Source: Balanoglossus misakiensis
Lineage: Eukaryota; Animalia; Hemichordata
Length of the DNA: 64,000 nucleotides
NCBI GenBank assembly: GCA_040954595.2
Contig: CM082582.2
Span: forward strand, 8,390,425 to 8,454,424
Direction: 5' to 3'
Shown here: positions 1 to 13,586 of the stretch, piece after piece
Layout of the letters: each line of letters starts with the position of its first letter
Position numbering within the stretch: the stretch's first letter is position 1
Program-made: the position numbers and the translations under genes
Notes under the pieces: generated by a model
Seen by the model: only the letters and a program-made list of their open reading frames with translations
Told to the model about the DNA's origin: nothing
The model's database searches: none

Positions 1-274
1 CAAAAACGTGAAAGTGCGTTTCACAACAAACAACTGGCAACGATACTACGACCTGCCCGCTCGGAGACCCAAACAACAGTGTGACGGACCCACCGCCCGT
101 TTTACTTTCCGACTTGTTGCGCCTGGAAAGTTGTCCGTCGGCGACAGGGTGGAGTTCGCTGTGGTTTTCGAAGTAGAAGGCCAGGTTTACTGGGACAATA
201 ACAACCAAGAAAACTATGTGTTTGAATGTCAAGTACATGACGACTCGGGGCGTTTTCAGATTTGTACACCATAG
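1..274 (+). CDS. 3' end of a PPP1R3-family glycogen-targeting PP1 regulatory subunit (CBM21 domain), partial at window start
   Basis: Open frame from the window edge to TAG at 272-274: KNVKVRFTTNNW...DGPTARFTFRL...VEFAVVFEVEGQVYWDNNNQENY. VKVR-x-T-x-x-W, EFAV and WDNN-x-x-x-NY are CBM21 hallmarks. Co-linear with the paralogue at 3662-4594. Confidence 0.9.
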   Translation, partial: KNVKVRFTTNNWQRYYDLPARRPKQQCDGPTARFTFRLVAPGKLSVGDRVEFAVVFEVEGQVYWDNNNQENYVFECQVHDDSGRFQICTP

Positions 275-2212
275 ACAAACAAAAATTAACTTTAAACATT
301 TTAAAACGGATATGCCCATGAGATGAACACACTTTGTGCGTTTCAGATATTGCAAGATTCACATGCCAAAGCTTCAGCCACCCAGACAATTTATGTAACA
401 GCGTGTTTTTAATAGAGGTGTTGAAGGTACATGTACACAACGATCTGAACGTGACAAAAAAATGATTGGGCTTGGGCAGAGGGTTCAGAACTGTGCACAG
501 CGGTCTTTCATACAGGACAGTTTGAATAGATGTGACAGCCCGCCATTCAGGGGGATCCTCGCAATTGTTCACGGAAACCGAGGAAATGCGGTGCATCCGA
601 TAATAGGTGTGGCTAGTTATAGACAGGCACTGACTGTTCAGCAACGGCCAATGTTGCGACATTAATTAACAACCAAGTTATAGTATCAGTACTAATAGTA
701 ATATCACCGCCAATTATTGTAAGAACAGAAGTTTCATTTTGGTAGAAAAATCACAAAATTTTCTGTACGTGATAATAAAATCGATAGTGAAAACTTTCAC
801 TGGTAGCGCGCGTGATGTGTTGACGATTTGTTGGCCAGCATTTGCAGCTGTTGGCATTTTTCTTACAAGTATCATTAGTTTTAGTCAGTGTATCGACGAA
901 CTGTCCTGTTCTTGTCATGTTGAAATGTCAAGTATTTTTCAGCAGTCGCGTAGGCTCTGAGCGAACTGGAGCCCACATGCGACTCAAGAATTTTTTCACC
1001 ACCGTGACACCATATGGGGCACACGCAAACAGTGTTACTAAACCCGACAATTGCGCTGCAGTGTCGCAAATATATATAGGCAATGGTGACCAGCAAAATT
1101 GGTTGATAGCAGATATTGAGGGGTAACCCTCATCATCAAAATTGGTAGATGGCGGATTAAGGGGTAACCCATTTCATATTTTGGGTGGGGTTGGGGTGGG
1201 CGGGTTAGTAGAGGAAATAAACTTTTACCAAAGTGACGACAAATTTTGTTTTCCAAGCGTTACGTTCAGGCACGTCGGAAACGTACTCCGGATGAGGCAA
1301 TTCATTGCTGGCATTATGTTCTGCATATTTTCTCCGGTTGTTGAATCAGGCAGTTGGATATTGTCCAAAGTCCGCACAGGTATGGTATACCGATTACTGA
1401 AGTTATGAAAAGCGCCATCACCCGACGCACAAACTTGACAGCCGCCCAAAGTAACTATTATTACTACATGTACATATTAAATAACTGAAATAAACAGGAA
1501 GATACTGCAAAATTATAAAATATGCAAAAAGTTTGGAGCGTTGAATTTTGTTGTTACATGTAGTATACATCTCGAAGTAAAGTGAGCCCTGCGACTTTTT
1601 AAAATTACCGATGCTGGAAGTCCAATTTTCTGAAAAGTCTTCGACTGTTGAGGATCGGGCATTGATGCATCGACCGATCCGCACGGCTTGGCTTGGTCGA
1701 CCTCATATACTCGGAGGGTGGGTCCCCTGCCCGAAAAAAGCACGTCACGGTCTAGTTACCCGCGCCTTTGCGACCTCCCAGAAAGGGCAACAATGTAAGG
1801 CAGGAAGGAATAAAAATAATCTCCTAAACAGGCATATATTATTATTTTTTCCGGCATATAATTATATTGAAAGACAAGTAATGGTAGCCAAAAGCAACAC
1901 ATTATATAAGTTGAACGGTATTACTCATTTTAGTATTATATATAAAAAGTCTCTTCTTCCATTAATTCATTTATGCATCCGTTCGCCCACCCATCCATTA
2001 AAACATCCAATATACGTGCAGTCTCAGCCTAACACCCATCGGTCTATCTACCCAATGACCCTTATTTCTGACATTTAATCAATTTTATCGATAATGGATG
2101 CATTGTTGTAACAAGTACCTAGGCCTACGTTCGGTTATGCCAACTAACAAAAACTCCAATTCTGCACTGAGTCTTAGAAATCAGCTTAGAGTGTCTATGA
2201 GATGGAAGCTGG

Positions 2213-2270
2213 AATAATTGTAGCCAAGGTGGGCTGGTTGGGTGGCCAGCCAACCAAGGCTACAATTATT
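2213..2270. repeat. Short foldback repeat (MITE-like), with a related arm at about 16845-16868
   Basis: AATAATTGTAGCC...GGCTACAATTATT perfect 13-bp inverted arms with inner GGCTGG/CCAGCC pairing. ACCAAGGCTACAA(T/C)TATTGCAG recurs in SEH1L intron 1. Confidence 0.6.
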
Positions 2271-2613
2271 GCAGTAAGTCTACAGCAATGATAAATGATT
2301 GCTCTGTCGTAGTAGTTTCGGTTGTACGCGTGCTTTTAATCATGCGCGCATGTATAAAGGTTAAGATGTAGGCCCGGCCCTATACGACCCACACGTCACA
2401 ATGAATGGGATACCCGGAACTTAGCGGTGATGAAATACGTGTGTTGCCACCAATAAAAAGCTCGGCGTGGACACAGTGTGAGAGGTCGGCTATCAACCTC
2501 GTCTCTTTAAACGGGACAGGGTGTGTAACTGGTCGAAATCTTTTGCGTCTTAGGGCCTAATGTGTAGATAAGAACCAGTGGGCCTACAGTGACTGTTCAT
2601 TATAGTTTCGTTG

Positions 2614-3510
2614 GTAAGTTCCGACAAATTTAAGGGCCGCGGTATTTTGGACGCATACCAAAGCCGAATTAAATCAGCAAATATGAAGTTCAGTGAGAAT
2701 TTTCTGGGATCGATAAATCAATCGATAAAGGACTTTGCTAACTTCCTTCATACGCAATCCGTGCCCATCAAATTCTAATCAGTTTCTTGCAGAAACCAAT
2801 TTGTATTCCCTCATTTTGCCGGCAACTTTTTTTTCGAAAATCCCCCTCCCCACGATAACACATCACACTTCCCTAATTAACCCCATTTCATGCCCCGATT
2901 TCACGCTAAGTATGACATCATCAAAATGGGTCATTTGATAGATAACTGCATTTTAATACCAAAAGACAATACACTATATTTGTTGTCGTCACAACTCTGC
3001 TGTCACCTTTCTGTGTCATGTATATAATTGGATTATTGCACTGAGCTGCCCTGGTTTTAAACTACTTGTTTTTCACAATCCGCATGTAGTCTTGGTCTAC
3101 GTGCAAACACAACGAGAGCCCTGCTCGCTCGTATACTAAGTGCGCAGCGCTCAGATCAGAGGGAGCAACCCATGTATGCTTGTCGCAGACCGTCGTTGCT
3201 CAACTCGCAAAAATCAATGTATATATTTCATTGAAATAACAACCATCTACACAATCAAGGTAATGTTACATGTGTAAGACTGTCTTTTTTTTCTCTGATG
3301 GCTTGACGCGACGTGTTTTAAAAGACCCAACAAAGTACTCGATGCGCAGAAGTGCACAATAACTGGTGCTTGTATTATGCAAATTTAGAGGTTCACCTAA
3401 GGGTCATCTAAGGTCGCCCGCATTTCGGTTTGCGTACAGCGACGCACGGGGGATTTCGACTCCACACGCACCACAGAAATTTTCGTCTTGCCTGCTTGTT
3501 GTGTCTTCAG
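2614..3510 (+). other. Possible 5'-UTR intron of the second PPP1R3 gene
   Basis: Donor TTG|GTAAGT at about 2614 and pyrimidine-rich acceptor ...ttgttgtgtcttcAG at 3509-3510. TATAAA at about 2353 lies upstream. No transcript evidence. Confidence 0.4.
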
Positions 3511-3661
3511 ACGGGTTACTTATCAGGTATTTAACACCAAATCTTGCTTGTGAATAACGGAAATATGTAACTGTCGCCGACTCTTGGATGTTTTAAACGA
3601 CGATCACTTGCCTTCGCGAGAGAACGCGCACTGCACATAATTGATAATATCTGGGTCAGGA

Positions 3662-4594
3662 ATGGAGGACGAGCAGACTAATGATGACGGTGGCAAGGCA
3701 AAACATAATGACGCCAGGACTAGCGATCTTTGTATCACGGCAGCCCCGGCTATTAGCGGGGAAGGGATGCCGTTGTCTAAAGACTGGTGTGAAGTCAAAG
3801 TGTCTCGCAGACATCGCATGCCGAACGGGCTGACCGTGGACACGTCGAAGGTTGCGGAACTGGAGACGGACTGGGCCGCTCAGCTGCAGAACAACAACAC
3901 CATCAACAATATACCGAACCACTATGATCACGATGATGAACTCGACGACGATGTTGACAGACCGCCAGAGAGAACACGCCAGCGATCGCCGTCGGGGAGC
4001 TGTCTGAAGAGCCCCGGGAAAACGCCGCCGGGGACACCGTTCGAGAAGAAGAGCGTGCGGTTCGCCGATGATCTGGGGCGGCAGCTTGTGCAGCGCGTCT
4101 TCCTCACAAAAGCCGAATCGGGTTCAGATATTCACGTCCCCGACTACGTCTATGAAACTCTGGGAATCTATCCGCACGAGACCGTTCCCACCACCAGCAC
4201 TTTCATGAAACCGCTCTTCCACCAGCCCAGCGCCGACTACATGGGTTTCCAGAACCGACTCCGAACCACCAACGTCAGCCTGGAGAACGCGGCGACATCG
4301 GACCTGACGATCTTCGGAACGGTGAAAGTCTGCAATCTGTCCTACCACAAAAGTGTGAAAGTGCGATACTCGCTGAACGAGTGGCAGACATATGCAGACA
4401 AGAAGGCGACCTACGTGACGGATTCGTGCGATGGACCCACTGACCGATTTTCCTTCGCCCTCACCGCGCCAACAAACATGGAAATAGGCTCGCGGCTCGA
4501 ATGCGCAGTTTGTTTCCAAGTTGGTGGCAGAGAGTTTTGGGACAACAACGACGGCGAAAATTACAAATTCGAATGCCAGCCCAAAGACGACTAG
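3662..4594 (+). CDS. PPP1R3-family glycogen-binding PP1 targeting subunit (RVxF + CBM21), single coding exon, about 310 aa
   Basis: ATG at 3662, TAG at 4592-4594. PP1-docking KKSVRFADDLG, then FHQPS...VSLEN...GTVKVCNLSYHKSVKVRYS...W...DRFSF...FWDNNDGENY. Coding-like GC-rich codon usage. Vertebrate paralogue assignment cannot be made from sequence alone. Confidence 0.93.
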   Translation: MEDEQTNDDGGKAKHNDARTSDLCITAAPAISGEGMPLSKDWCEVKVSRRHRMPNGLTVDTSKVAELETDWAAQLQNNNTINNIPNHYDHDDELDDDVDRPPERTRQRSPSGSCLKSPGKTPPGTPFEKKSVRFADDLGRQLVQRVFLTKAESGSDIHVPDYVYETLGIYPHETVPTTSTFMKPLFHQPSADYMGFQNRLRTTNVSLENAATSDLTIFGTVKVCNLSYHKSVKVRYSLNEWQTYADKKATYVTDSCDGPTDRFSFALTAPTNMEIGSRLECAVCFQVGGREFWDNNDGENYKFECQPKDD

Positions 4595-7500
4595 TGAACT
4601 TGGACGAAGCAGTTATTCGATGGTTACTATGGAAACAGTGCGAAGAACAAGGAGAAAATTCTCCAGGTCGACGCACCCTGATCCTTAGAAGATGATGTTG
4701 GCATATTAATGGAATTTAATACTAACCGATTTGATTCTAGCGAATTTCAAACTCAAGTTATTATCGTATAAGGTACAAGTATTATACTCGATTTTAGTAT
4801 GGTAAAATAACTGTTGTGAAAGAAAAAATCTAACAGAAGTAACCTATACCTGTCAACATCAATACACAGAATTTATAATACCTGGGTATGGCGTCCAATA
4901 CAGTGTGACATTTTGATTACATTCATTTATTTCTTTGACCTGTGTAATTTTGCTCCCACGCATGGCTTGGCACACGCGAGGGGCTTTTGTCACTACTCAA
5001 TTTATGCAACGTCAGCAGTTTTTTCTACTATAGTGCACATAATTTGCACAAGCTTTTCACAAGGGATGGGAGATATAGTTTAACAGGACAAAGTTGCTAA
5101 CTTTTGAGAATTTGTGATTATTAAGTTGGTTATTTTAGTTTCAATTGATGGGTTATTCTACTCAATGATGAATACGACAAATAAAATGATGGAAGTATTC
5201 ACATGTATTACAATGCAATGGGGAATTGAGCCTTGGCAACCAGTCAATGTGCATGATTCAGTGAATAGAATAACATAAAAAGCCTATCAAAAGAATCTAA
5301 AATGAGCAAAATATTTTCCGAAGCAAGCGATTTTGTCCCTTTTATTGTATTATTTTCATCTGTTTGGTTCAGAAGCCAAGGATGCTAGGAACTGTGGCAT
5401 TTTATACAATTTGATGTAAAAATGGAAAGTATTTTGTAGATATAGTACATCATGCATATTTTGAGTTTGGCCCAATCACACACTTCTACTCCACGAGACG
5501 AACTTTTCCACTGAAAACAACAGACCTGGACCAAATTGTCTATGAAGCCAGTCAGGAACAGTTAAGTGACTTCATTAATTAACCTCAAAGCAAACCATGC
5601 CAATGGATTAAAAAAAGTTATAAATTTAAAACAGTACAGTGACTGCACAAAAGATTTGACACACTGGGAAGTGAGGTTTTGGTGTTCAAAAGATACTAGT
5701 CTGCATTTCTGGAGTGATTGAATTTTGTTTTTTTATAGCAGAATCCTGACAATGTAGGTTAGTCAATGCCATAGCCAGCTGTTTGGGTTCCCTCTCTCGT
5801 CAACTAGGCCAGCCGCACATACATTATGCAGGAAATGATGCTCTTTGAACTTGAACAACGCATGCTCTCTGGGCAAACCATACATTTATTTAGGTCAAGG
5901 CTGAGGGAGTGTGGATTGTGGTTTATAGACATGTCAACAACAACAATAGAGGCAGAGACAGGGGTCACCCTGATATTCTTTAAAAATATGTGACCTAGAC
6001 ATAGTGATCCAGCGATGGGGTTGGTGTACAAATTAGAAATCTCCACTGTGGTACATGGAAACGGACATTTATAAATAACGCCATATTGTTTTTTTTTTGA
6101 GCTGTTTTAAAAAGGAAAGGGGAAACAGATCTGGTTTTCTGTTGAACAGACAGAAAAATAACCTGCTCCCCATGAAATGAATTTTTGACATTTTGATAGA
6201 TGTAGAGGGTATAGGGAATAATGTGAAATTGGGACATAGGCAATATTTATGAAAATGTAGGATTTCTTGTAAAAACACTAGTTATACATGTAAGTGAAAA
6301 TTCTAAATAGAGTGTACTTTTTGAAATTTACATGTAGGTTTACACACCATTATGTCTTCTCAGTGGAATTAATTTAATGTCACATCATGTGACAGGTTGA
6401 ACATTCGACCGAATAATTGATAATGTTAAGCATGATGGATGCGTACTCAATGGCCAGTTAATTAGCTCTTTCAAGAGTGGACATATCATCTTTCCTACAA
6501 TAACCTGTAGACTGCATAACTAAATATCACATATAGAATAATGGTGTCAAATAATGGAGGCACTATTTGTGTATACTTCTGAACGAGGGTTAAATAGTTG
6601 ATCTGTCAAACCGTATTATCTCCAGTTGAAATTATTGCGGCTACTGTATGGTAATAGCGCCATAAAAAAGTTGCCTCTATGTTTGGGTACTTTATATAGT
6701 TTCTTTTTCTTCGTAAAAGTATGTAGGTATTTTGGCATTGAGTGTGTGACCTGGGAAACACGTCCTCTCAAATCAAGAATTTGTAGTCAATTGCTGAATG
6801 TGAAATCTCATAAAATACTTGAAAGTCTTGCTTGAAAGTTCTCGGCCTGTCAGTGTTTTTTTTAAGGTCACACTATCAAGTTTATATTTTGTCGGGAATA
6901 GTTAATATGGATTTCCTAGTGGTCATACGCGAACAACAGAAGAATTGTTCTCTGCTGTCTGTATCATTTCAAATGCATATTCCTCATAATGTCCATGTGC
7001 AGGATATGACATTGTAGCTTCCCAGTACAGAAGACAGCTACGTGCAGGAAGTTGTATGTTTATGTACTCTTTGAGTAGACTTCACCTGAAACACACAACA
7101 TTCGATCACTCCCAAGTGCATCAGGCGTTTTGAACAGTCGCTGTTTGTCAAAAGTAACCAATACCTACCTCTGGGTGTTTCACTTTCCAAATGCGGTATT
7201 GTTTCATTCTGAGATTAAAAAAAAAGTTTGCAGTTTAATTGCTAGACTTGTTTGTTGCGGCACAAAGAATTAATCATATATGCAAATGAATAATTATGTA
7301 AATTTGTGGGAGTTTAAAGTGGTAACTACACAATGTTGAATGGAAGGGGGGGGGGGTCGGGTCATCAAGTTGATGAACAAAGATTGCCGAACATGTCAGG
7401 CCAGGTGGGGTACAGTTAATATGTTAATTGTGTTATCAAATAGATGCTGCATGACGTGTGTAGTAGATGAAAACATGGCACTTTCTGTTTCTCTGGCATA

Positions 7501-7925
7501 TTTGATTATCCCAATAGACACAGACCATGATCAGCATTAATTCACATTATCTTGATTTACTGGGGGAAACTGTGTTAAATTATTTTATTTATTTTGAAAT
7601 CGCTGGAGCTTTGTTCAACAAAGCATAGTTGTTTTCAGTGCTGTAAAATTGATTTTGTGCTCGCGGATCAATGTAAATAGCGTTGTAAAATTGATAACCA
7701 TTTGTACATAAGGTGATATTTACAGTTTCTTCAGAAAAATAATTGGATTGTTCCCAATGATACATGTTCATGATTCAGAATTACGAAGGTAAAATTATAG
7801 GATTGATAAAACATTATATTTTACCCATGTTATGATATTTTTTCATAAACTGATAGATGGAATTATTGTAAGGAAAGGTCGGTCATTCAATCAGTGGGCT
7901 ATGGGGGACTGAATTCAATAAACTA

Positions 7926-8098
7926 CAGTGGAGCCCTTTTTAAGTCGCAGAGTTTCAGGTCTGTCTTGAAAACCGTGACTTATCGAGGGCGGAAATAGCA
8001 AGGGCCCTTAAACAGCTACGTTTGACTACAGTGGGTGCCGGGGTAACTGTGACCTGCCTAAAACACATGATTTACTGATGTCCAACGAGAGTCCACTG
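7926..8098. mobile_element. Degenerate Tc1/mariner(pogo)-type MITE
   Basis: TA-CAGTGGAGCCC at the left end and GAGAGTCCACTG at the right end. CAGT...ACTG termini with a left TA; the right TA is mutated. Confidence 0.4.
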
Positions 8099-9397
8099 AA
8101 TAGACAGTCTTGTGAACTGCCGACCTTGGCAGGTCAGCTAGAAAACTGGCTGTCAAGACCAAGGCCAGCACTGATGGATACAGAGGGTGTGTACAATGCA
8201 CATAAAAATTCTGTATTGTTTTTTCAAAATGAAATGTATGCTCACAGACTGTTTTGATTGGAAATGCTTCAATGGAATCTGTCTTACTTTATTATTAACT
8301 GTATGAATCAACATACACCTGATGGACCATGCTTAAGTAGTAATTCCTCATCATATCATTTGATGTATTATTTTATAGCCATAGATTTACTGACGTTCGT
8401 TTAGTTTTTCCACAGTAACATTTAAGCTGCATTATTTTTTTAGAGTAGTTTACGATTTTATTATTTAGCAGTCCCTTGGAAGTATGTAAAACGATCTAAC
8501 CGGACGTGCCTAGATTTGACATCGCATCCACATAGCTGTTCTAATTGCTACACATCTGCCTCAGTGTCAGCATGTATTACACGGTCAATTATATCTGACT
8601 TCTCCAATGATAAGAGTTCAGCAAGAGTTCAACTGCAGAGCAAATTCTGATATGTCTCATCCCCATATTCCCCTCCTTCAGTTGTACTCTCCACTTTCAA
8701 ACGTTCTCTACCATGATATCAGATAGTTGAAGTGAAATGATTGACTTGTAACTTGCAACCTGAGGCCAAGATGAGCTGGTCTGTTCTAGATTATTTTAAT
8801 AAACATTGTACTCATTGCTGTTGTTGAATATGGTAAAGTTTTCCAATCAAAATTGTAATTTTGTGAAAATAACTCCAAGGTTTTTCATTTTGTTTGTCAT
8901 TACAGAGTGTAGCATATGAGCATTTTTTTCAGACGTTTGAATCTGGTATATTTTCAGTGATACTTAGATAAAACTGTTGTTTGTTCTGTTCTGAGACCTT
9001 TACGTGGTATACATATTTCAGGCCCCATTTTAATTTGAATTCAGCCTAGCAAAAAGTCGAGTTACTTGGCATATAGATGTTACAGAGATTTTGCAAACTA
9101 TTACTTCTTGTAAGTTGCATGATAATGTTTCCTGTTGGAGTTAACAATCTCCCCATTATAATGTGATGGCATTTTTCAACGATCCCAAGACTTGTTACTC
9201 CTATTTTTAAGACACATTTTGACAACTATTTTAGATCATACTTTTTTGTTATTTTCCCCTGTTTTACAGTATTAGTATATTTTAAGGGCACCAAACACTG
9301 TTGGGGTGGGGTGCAAATCCTTGTATGATGTAAAGGTCACCAGGGGGTCAGAGTTCAAAGGTTACATGCCTTTGCCCCTTTAATACTATCAACCTCT

Positions 9398-9539
9398 GTA
9401 TGAAAATTTCAATTTAGTATTGCCCAGAACAAGATGGCGTTTGTGCATATACATGACGCGTGTAAAACTTACGGAGAGTACTGGTATAATTTATTGGAGG
9501 CCATCTTGTTCTGAGGAGTATTCACAACTGAAAACATAC
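9398..9539. repeat. Inverted-repeat (MITE-like) element
   Basis: Perfect 14-bp inverted repeat CAGAACAAGATGGC (9425-9438) / GCCATCTTGTTCTG (9500-9513) with weaker outer pairing (GTATG / CATAC). Confidence 0.5.
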
Positions 9540-11499
9540 CTTTCAAGAAATTTGCCAATGTAGACATTGTTAACTTGTACTTGAGAATGTTTAAAATGAG
9601 TTTGAAAGAAAAAAATTAGCTTTAAGTTTACCCTTTGACAATTCATGCAAACTTACTTTTCAGAAATGTTAATTTTTCCCTGGACAAATTTTGTTCTCTT
9701 TTTTTTTGGAAAGTTTATGTATTTGAATGATTATTATATAGAACCTTTGTGGACCAAGATATTGATGTGAGGTTTAAAGTCCGAAAAAGTGGGGTTTTTT
9801 TTACAACCTGGAGACACTATCGTTGATTGGACATTCAGATGGACAGACACTTGGGCTCATTAATCTAAGTGGCAGGTTGAAGTGTTTGTATTGCAGTGTT
9901 GCTATCGATCCCAATTCTCGGGTCGAACACCTGGACCTCCCAAAGGTCATTTTCCAAAACTGCTGAGGAAGACATTTATACATAGCTGTTGTGAGCTTGG
10001 GAATCCAAAAGTTGCGGTCTGACCCGCGGACTGTTTGCGTATTAGTATGGAACAGCCGTGAAACGAATGTTGAAACCATCAAGAAATGTTGGTAATTTTT
10101 TTCCTAATCTTGCACAAGTCTCTTTACAGTTGTTTAATGTTGATATTTATAAAAAAAAAACATTGTATATTTACAGAGTATGAATAAAAAGTAGACTTGC
10201 CTAAATGATACAAAGATTTCATTGTGTTGTTTACTGCATGGTATCCAGTTTTCAACCATTTTGGAAGCATTCCAGTTCAACCATGACAATGGGTGGAGAT
10301 TGAGAAAAGAATACAAGATTGATAGCATATCATGTTCGTATTGAGCTCTAAAATTAGCTAGGGATTGCTTTTTAGGTGGCTGGGTGATAGTAACCCGTAT
10401 ACACCCCTGAAACTTGAGAATTTAAAAACCAGTGAGGACATGCATGTACATGTGGGGGTATCGGCAAGTGACACCTAGAAACATCTATTGGGGAAACTGA
10501 AAACTAACTTTTGCACATTGGACACGGCTAACAAAATTGCTGCCTGAAATGTCATTGTCCCAGCAAAACACTGTGGTGTACTACAAATATCCTTCAGTGC
10601 ATGTTGACAGAAAAATACCAATTGCTTCATTTTGTTTTATGAACCCCTATTTTAGATTGTACAGCACAAGCTGTATGTGATCATGGCATTTTCTCTTTGG
10701 GGGACTGGAAATTATTGTATTGAAACAGCAGTGAGAATCAAAATAGTGTAGGTTGCTATGGATGGTTGTCAGCAGTTTGCGCTGTTTTCTGTTTCGACGA
10801 TCGAGCACTGCATGCTTCCACAAGGTCAGAATTATAAAGTCGCGTCATTCTTGATGCGTGTGGACTTTGCTCTGGTGCAAGGCTGTGCCTGATTTGTGCA
10901 TTCCATTCTGTCTTCCGACGTCCTCCACCGCTCAAGGACGTCGCGCGCACAGTGTGCGAGTCTTAAGTCTAAGATTGGTTGAAGAGGAAAATTCACACAA
11001 AAAATTCACAATAAACAAGACAATGAGGTCATGTCTGTCGTATCTGCCTGTTGGTGTTGATGGTGGTTCACATCGGAAATAAAAAAGGTGTGTGTATGTG
11101 TGATTGTAAATTTGATACCACAGTGTGTTTACACTGTCACACAAGATATGTTGATGATCGCAAGGGGTCGTTGTTCGATCCAGCTGCTGCCCCAGTTGCA
11201 TTAATATCTCGGGCAAATATTCATGCCTAATGAATATTAAAATAAGGTTTAAGTGCACAAAGGTGTTGTTGACTGCCTTGTGAACTTGGATTCCAGAACT
11301 TTCTTGGGGCTTCTATTTTTCATAGGGGTGGGATCATACATATCTGCAAACACCACAAGTTTTAGGCACCATTTCCTTTGGCGAAAGTGTATCATGAATC
11401 TGTGTCCACATTTAGATCATGTGGTTAGTAATTTTATAAATATGAATATTGTTCAAAAATTTCTAGCCAGATGATGTCACTGGTACATAGTGTTTGGCC

Positions 11500-11650
11500 C
11501 CATATTTTCAACTCGGTCTCAGCGGGAGCCAATTTGCATTATCAATTCAAAGGCGAGAAAGTAGATCACCTGTAAAGCCTTGACCTGGATTCGATGCCTG
11601 TACAGTCAGAGTCACATACCAAGTCTACTGATAGAGCTGATCACGTGGGT
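11500..11650 (-). mobile_element. Possible degenerate tRNA-derived SINE
   Basis: Minus strand has box-A-like TCAGCTCTATCAGTAGA followed at tRNA-like spacing by box-B-like GCATCGAATCC. No intact cloverleaf. Confidence 0.35.
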
Positions 11651-12549
11651 TCCACATGCACTTACGATCTAGGGGTGGACCATTTCATATATGAGGGGGG
11701 GGGGCTGGAGAATTTTTGAAACCTCCCCCATTAAAAATGTTACCCATATGTATATGATCCTTTGTCCAATCGTTGGGAAAACAAAGTCTCTGATTGACTT
11801 CAGAGGGACGCTAGTTACACCACAATTCTCAGCAAGGGGTATCAGGCTTTATTTGGCCACTGGCATGGATAAGGCTAAGTGGACAAAACACAACTACATA
11901 CCAGACTACTATCTAGACCACTTGGTCAACATATGCAAGGAAAATTGAAAACAGCAAGTGGTCACCAGGTCATGAACTCCCCGATACTAAAGGCCATAAC
12001 TGGTTCAAAAGGTCGGCTATGTCCAAGAATCAGGGTCAGCCCGCACACTTGCAGGCAACTGTGAGGAACAAGGATTTCCACAGGAAGCAGTTTATCCTGA
12101 CTATGAGGGCTGTTCCTGTTTTGATTTGACTGCCCTGAAAGTAAACCAACAGATCAGATCAGAAGCCTTTTGACTCTCAAATCCTCCTGGTGGTCATGTT
12201 TGTTTTGTTTTGTGATAGATGGGCTGGCCAGTGACCTGGGACTGAGTCATGGCAAAAATGTTTGCATACGAATGAGCATGTTTTTTTTCCAAAGGCATTA
12301 TTATAGCCAGTCACATGCCTCAAGTTTAGATGGGGAAGTGGGCGACTGACCGGTCACCGACCAGCTACATTTAAAACTGCGTTGCACCCATATGAATTGG
12401 GCCATGGCATTTCTGGGCCAACTGGTGTCCTCTCTTAGCTCAGGCACCGAGGGCGCACAACCAAAGTGTACTGATGTGCCTTTGACCTTTGCACGAGAGA
12501 AGAAATCTGCTAATGTTCAGATGTACATGAAGAATCTAATGTGATTTAA

Positions 12550-13535
12550 GGTAGTTGGAAAGGCTAGGGCGTCAGTTAAAATTTCATTTAAAAACACTGA
12601 ATTTATATCTAGAAATGTATTAGAGAACAATTAAACTTATGAAAAATTCGGGGCAATAAACGTGTAACAAGATATGGCTGGTTTTATGATACCTAATTTC
12701 ATACATCTGGCAATGAAGCTAGGGAGCCTTATTTGAGCGCCCTCTAGGGGAAGACTTCTCCTAGGCTATGCACACAAGGACGGGTTCCCCTAGCCAAGGG
12801 CATTTAAATGTAACTTGCAAACACTGATTCTTGCAATTTTCAGCGATAGATAACCTTGCTTGTTTATTAAAGGCTACCAAATTATGGACATTTTTGCATT
12901 TCTAGGGAACCCGAAAGGCCAGCGGAAAAGCGTTTGACCCAGATAAATGCGATCCTTCGCCGTGAACTGCCGCTAAACTTTGCGTATTTCGCTACTTTTC
13001 TGCCCTTCGCCATAATGTAATGGTTTTTATTTGTGATTGAATTGGTATGCCAGATATTTTTTTTATCATGAATTTTTCAGGAAAGGCTCGGGACATCCCA
13101 AAGAACAATTTTATGGGACAGTTTTTTCATAAGTTTTCCCGTTGTGTTTTGGCAGCACGTTTAAGTTGTATACAAAATATCAACAAAAACTGTGTTTTCC
13201 TGAGTGATAACTTTGAAAAAAATAAGTTTATGCTGAAAGTGTCCCGTACATTGCTGGAGGGGTTGCTTAATATTAAAATGAATACAAATTATTCAATAAT
13301 TTGTGAAAACATGTCAAGATTCAATCAATATTTTGTAAAATTATGAATATTTATATTTAGGCGTATCAAATTTCATAATTTTAGCAGATATTTTTACAGT
13401 CATATTTTTCCCTCACTTTTTAGTTTGTTAAGAATACATGCTGCAAATTTCAAGTCATTATCTTTATTCTAACTTGTGAAAATAAATTCACAAACATTGA
13501 GAGAATTTGCTTCAAAAATAGCCTTTCCAACTACC
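12550..13535. mobile_element. Non-autonomous Kolobok-like DNA transposon (986 bp)
   Basis: Perfect 17-bp TIRs GGTAGTTGGAAAGGCTA (12550-12566) / TAGCCTTTCCAACTACC (13519-13535) flanked by TTAA (12546-12549 and 13536-13539). TTAA TSD with RR...YY termini is the Kolobok signature. No transposase ORF inside. Confidence 0.85.
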
Positions 13536-13539
13536 TTAA

Positions 13540-13586
13540 CCCTTTTAACCACTGGACCTATACAGTGAGAAATGGGGGTGAAAGGG
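13540..13586. mobile_element. piggyBac-like MITE, internally deleted copy 1
   Basis: TTAA-CCCTTT...GGGGTGAAAGGG-TTAA. Shares TGGACCT...GGGGTGAAAGGGTTAA with the copy at 19424-19510. Confidence 0.7.

Noticed and set aside
102-2078. ORFs of 186 aa (102-662, -) and 155 aa (1611-2078, +)
   Set aside because: No recognisable motif; antisense to or within the 3' region of the first PPP1R3 gene; composition looks non-coding.
9334-9350. DR5-like AGGTCA-n5-GGGTCA here and at 32160-32176, plus a DR1 at about 40562
   Set aside because: The shared GATGTAAAGGTCAC flank suggests a dispersed repeat; AGGTCA arrays are common in such genomes, and there is no functional support.
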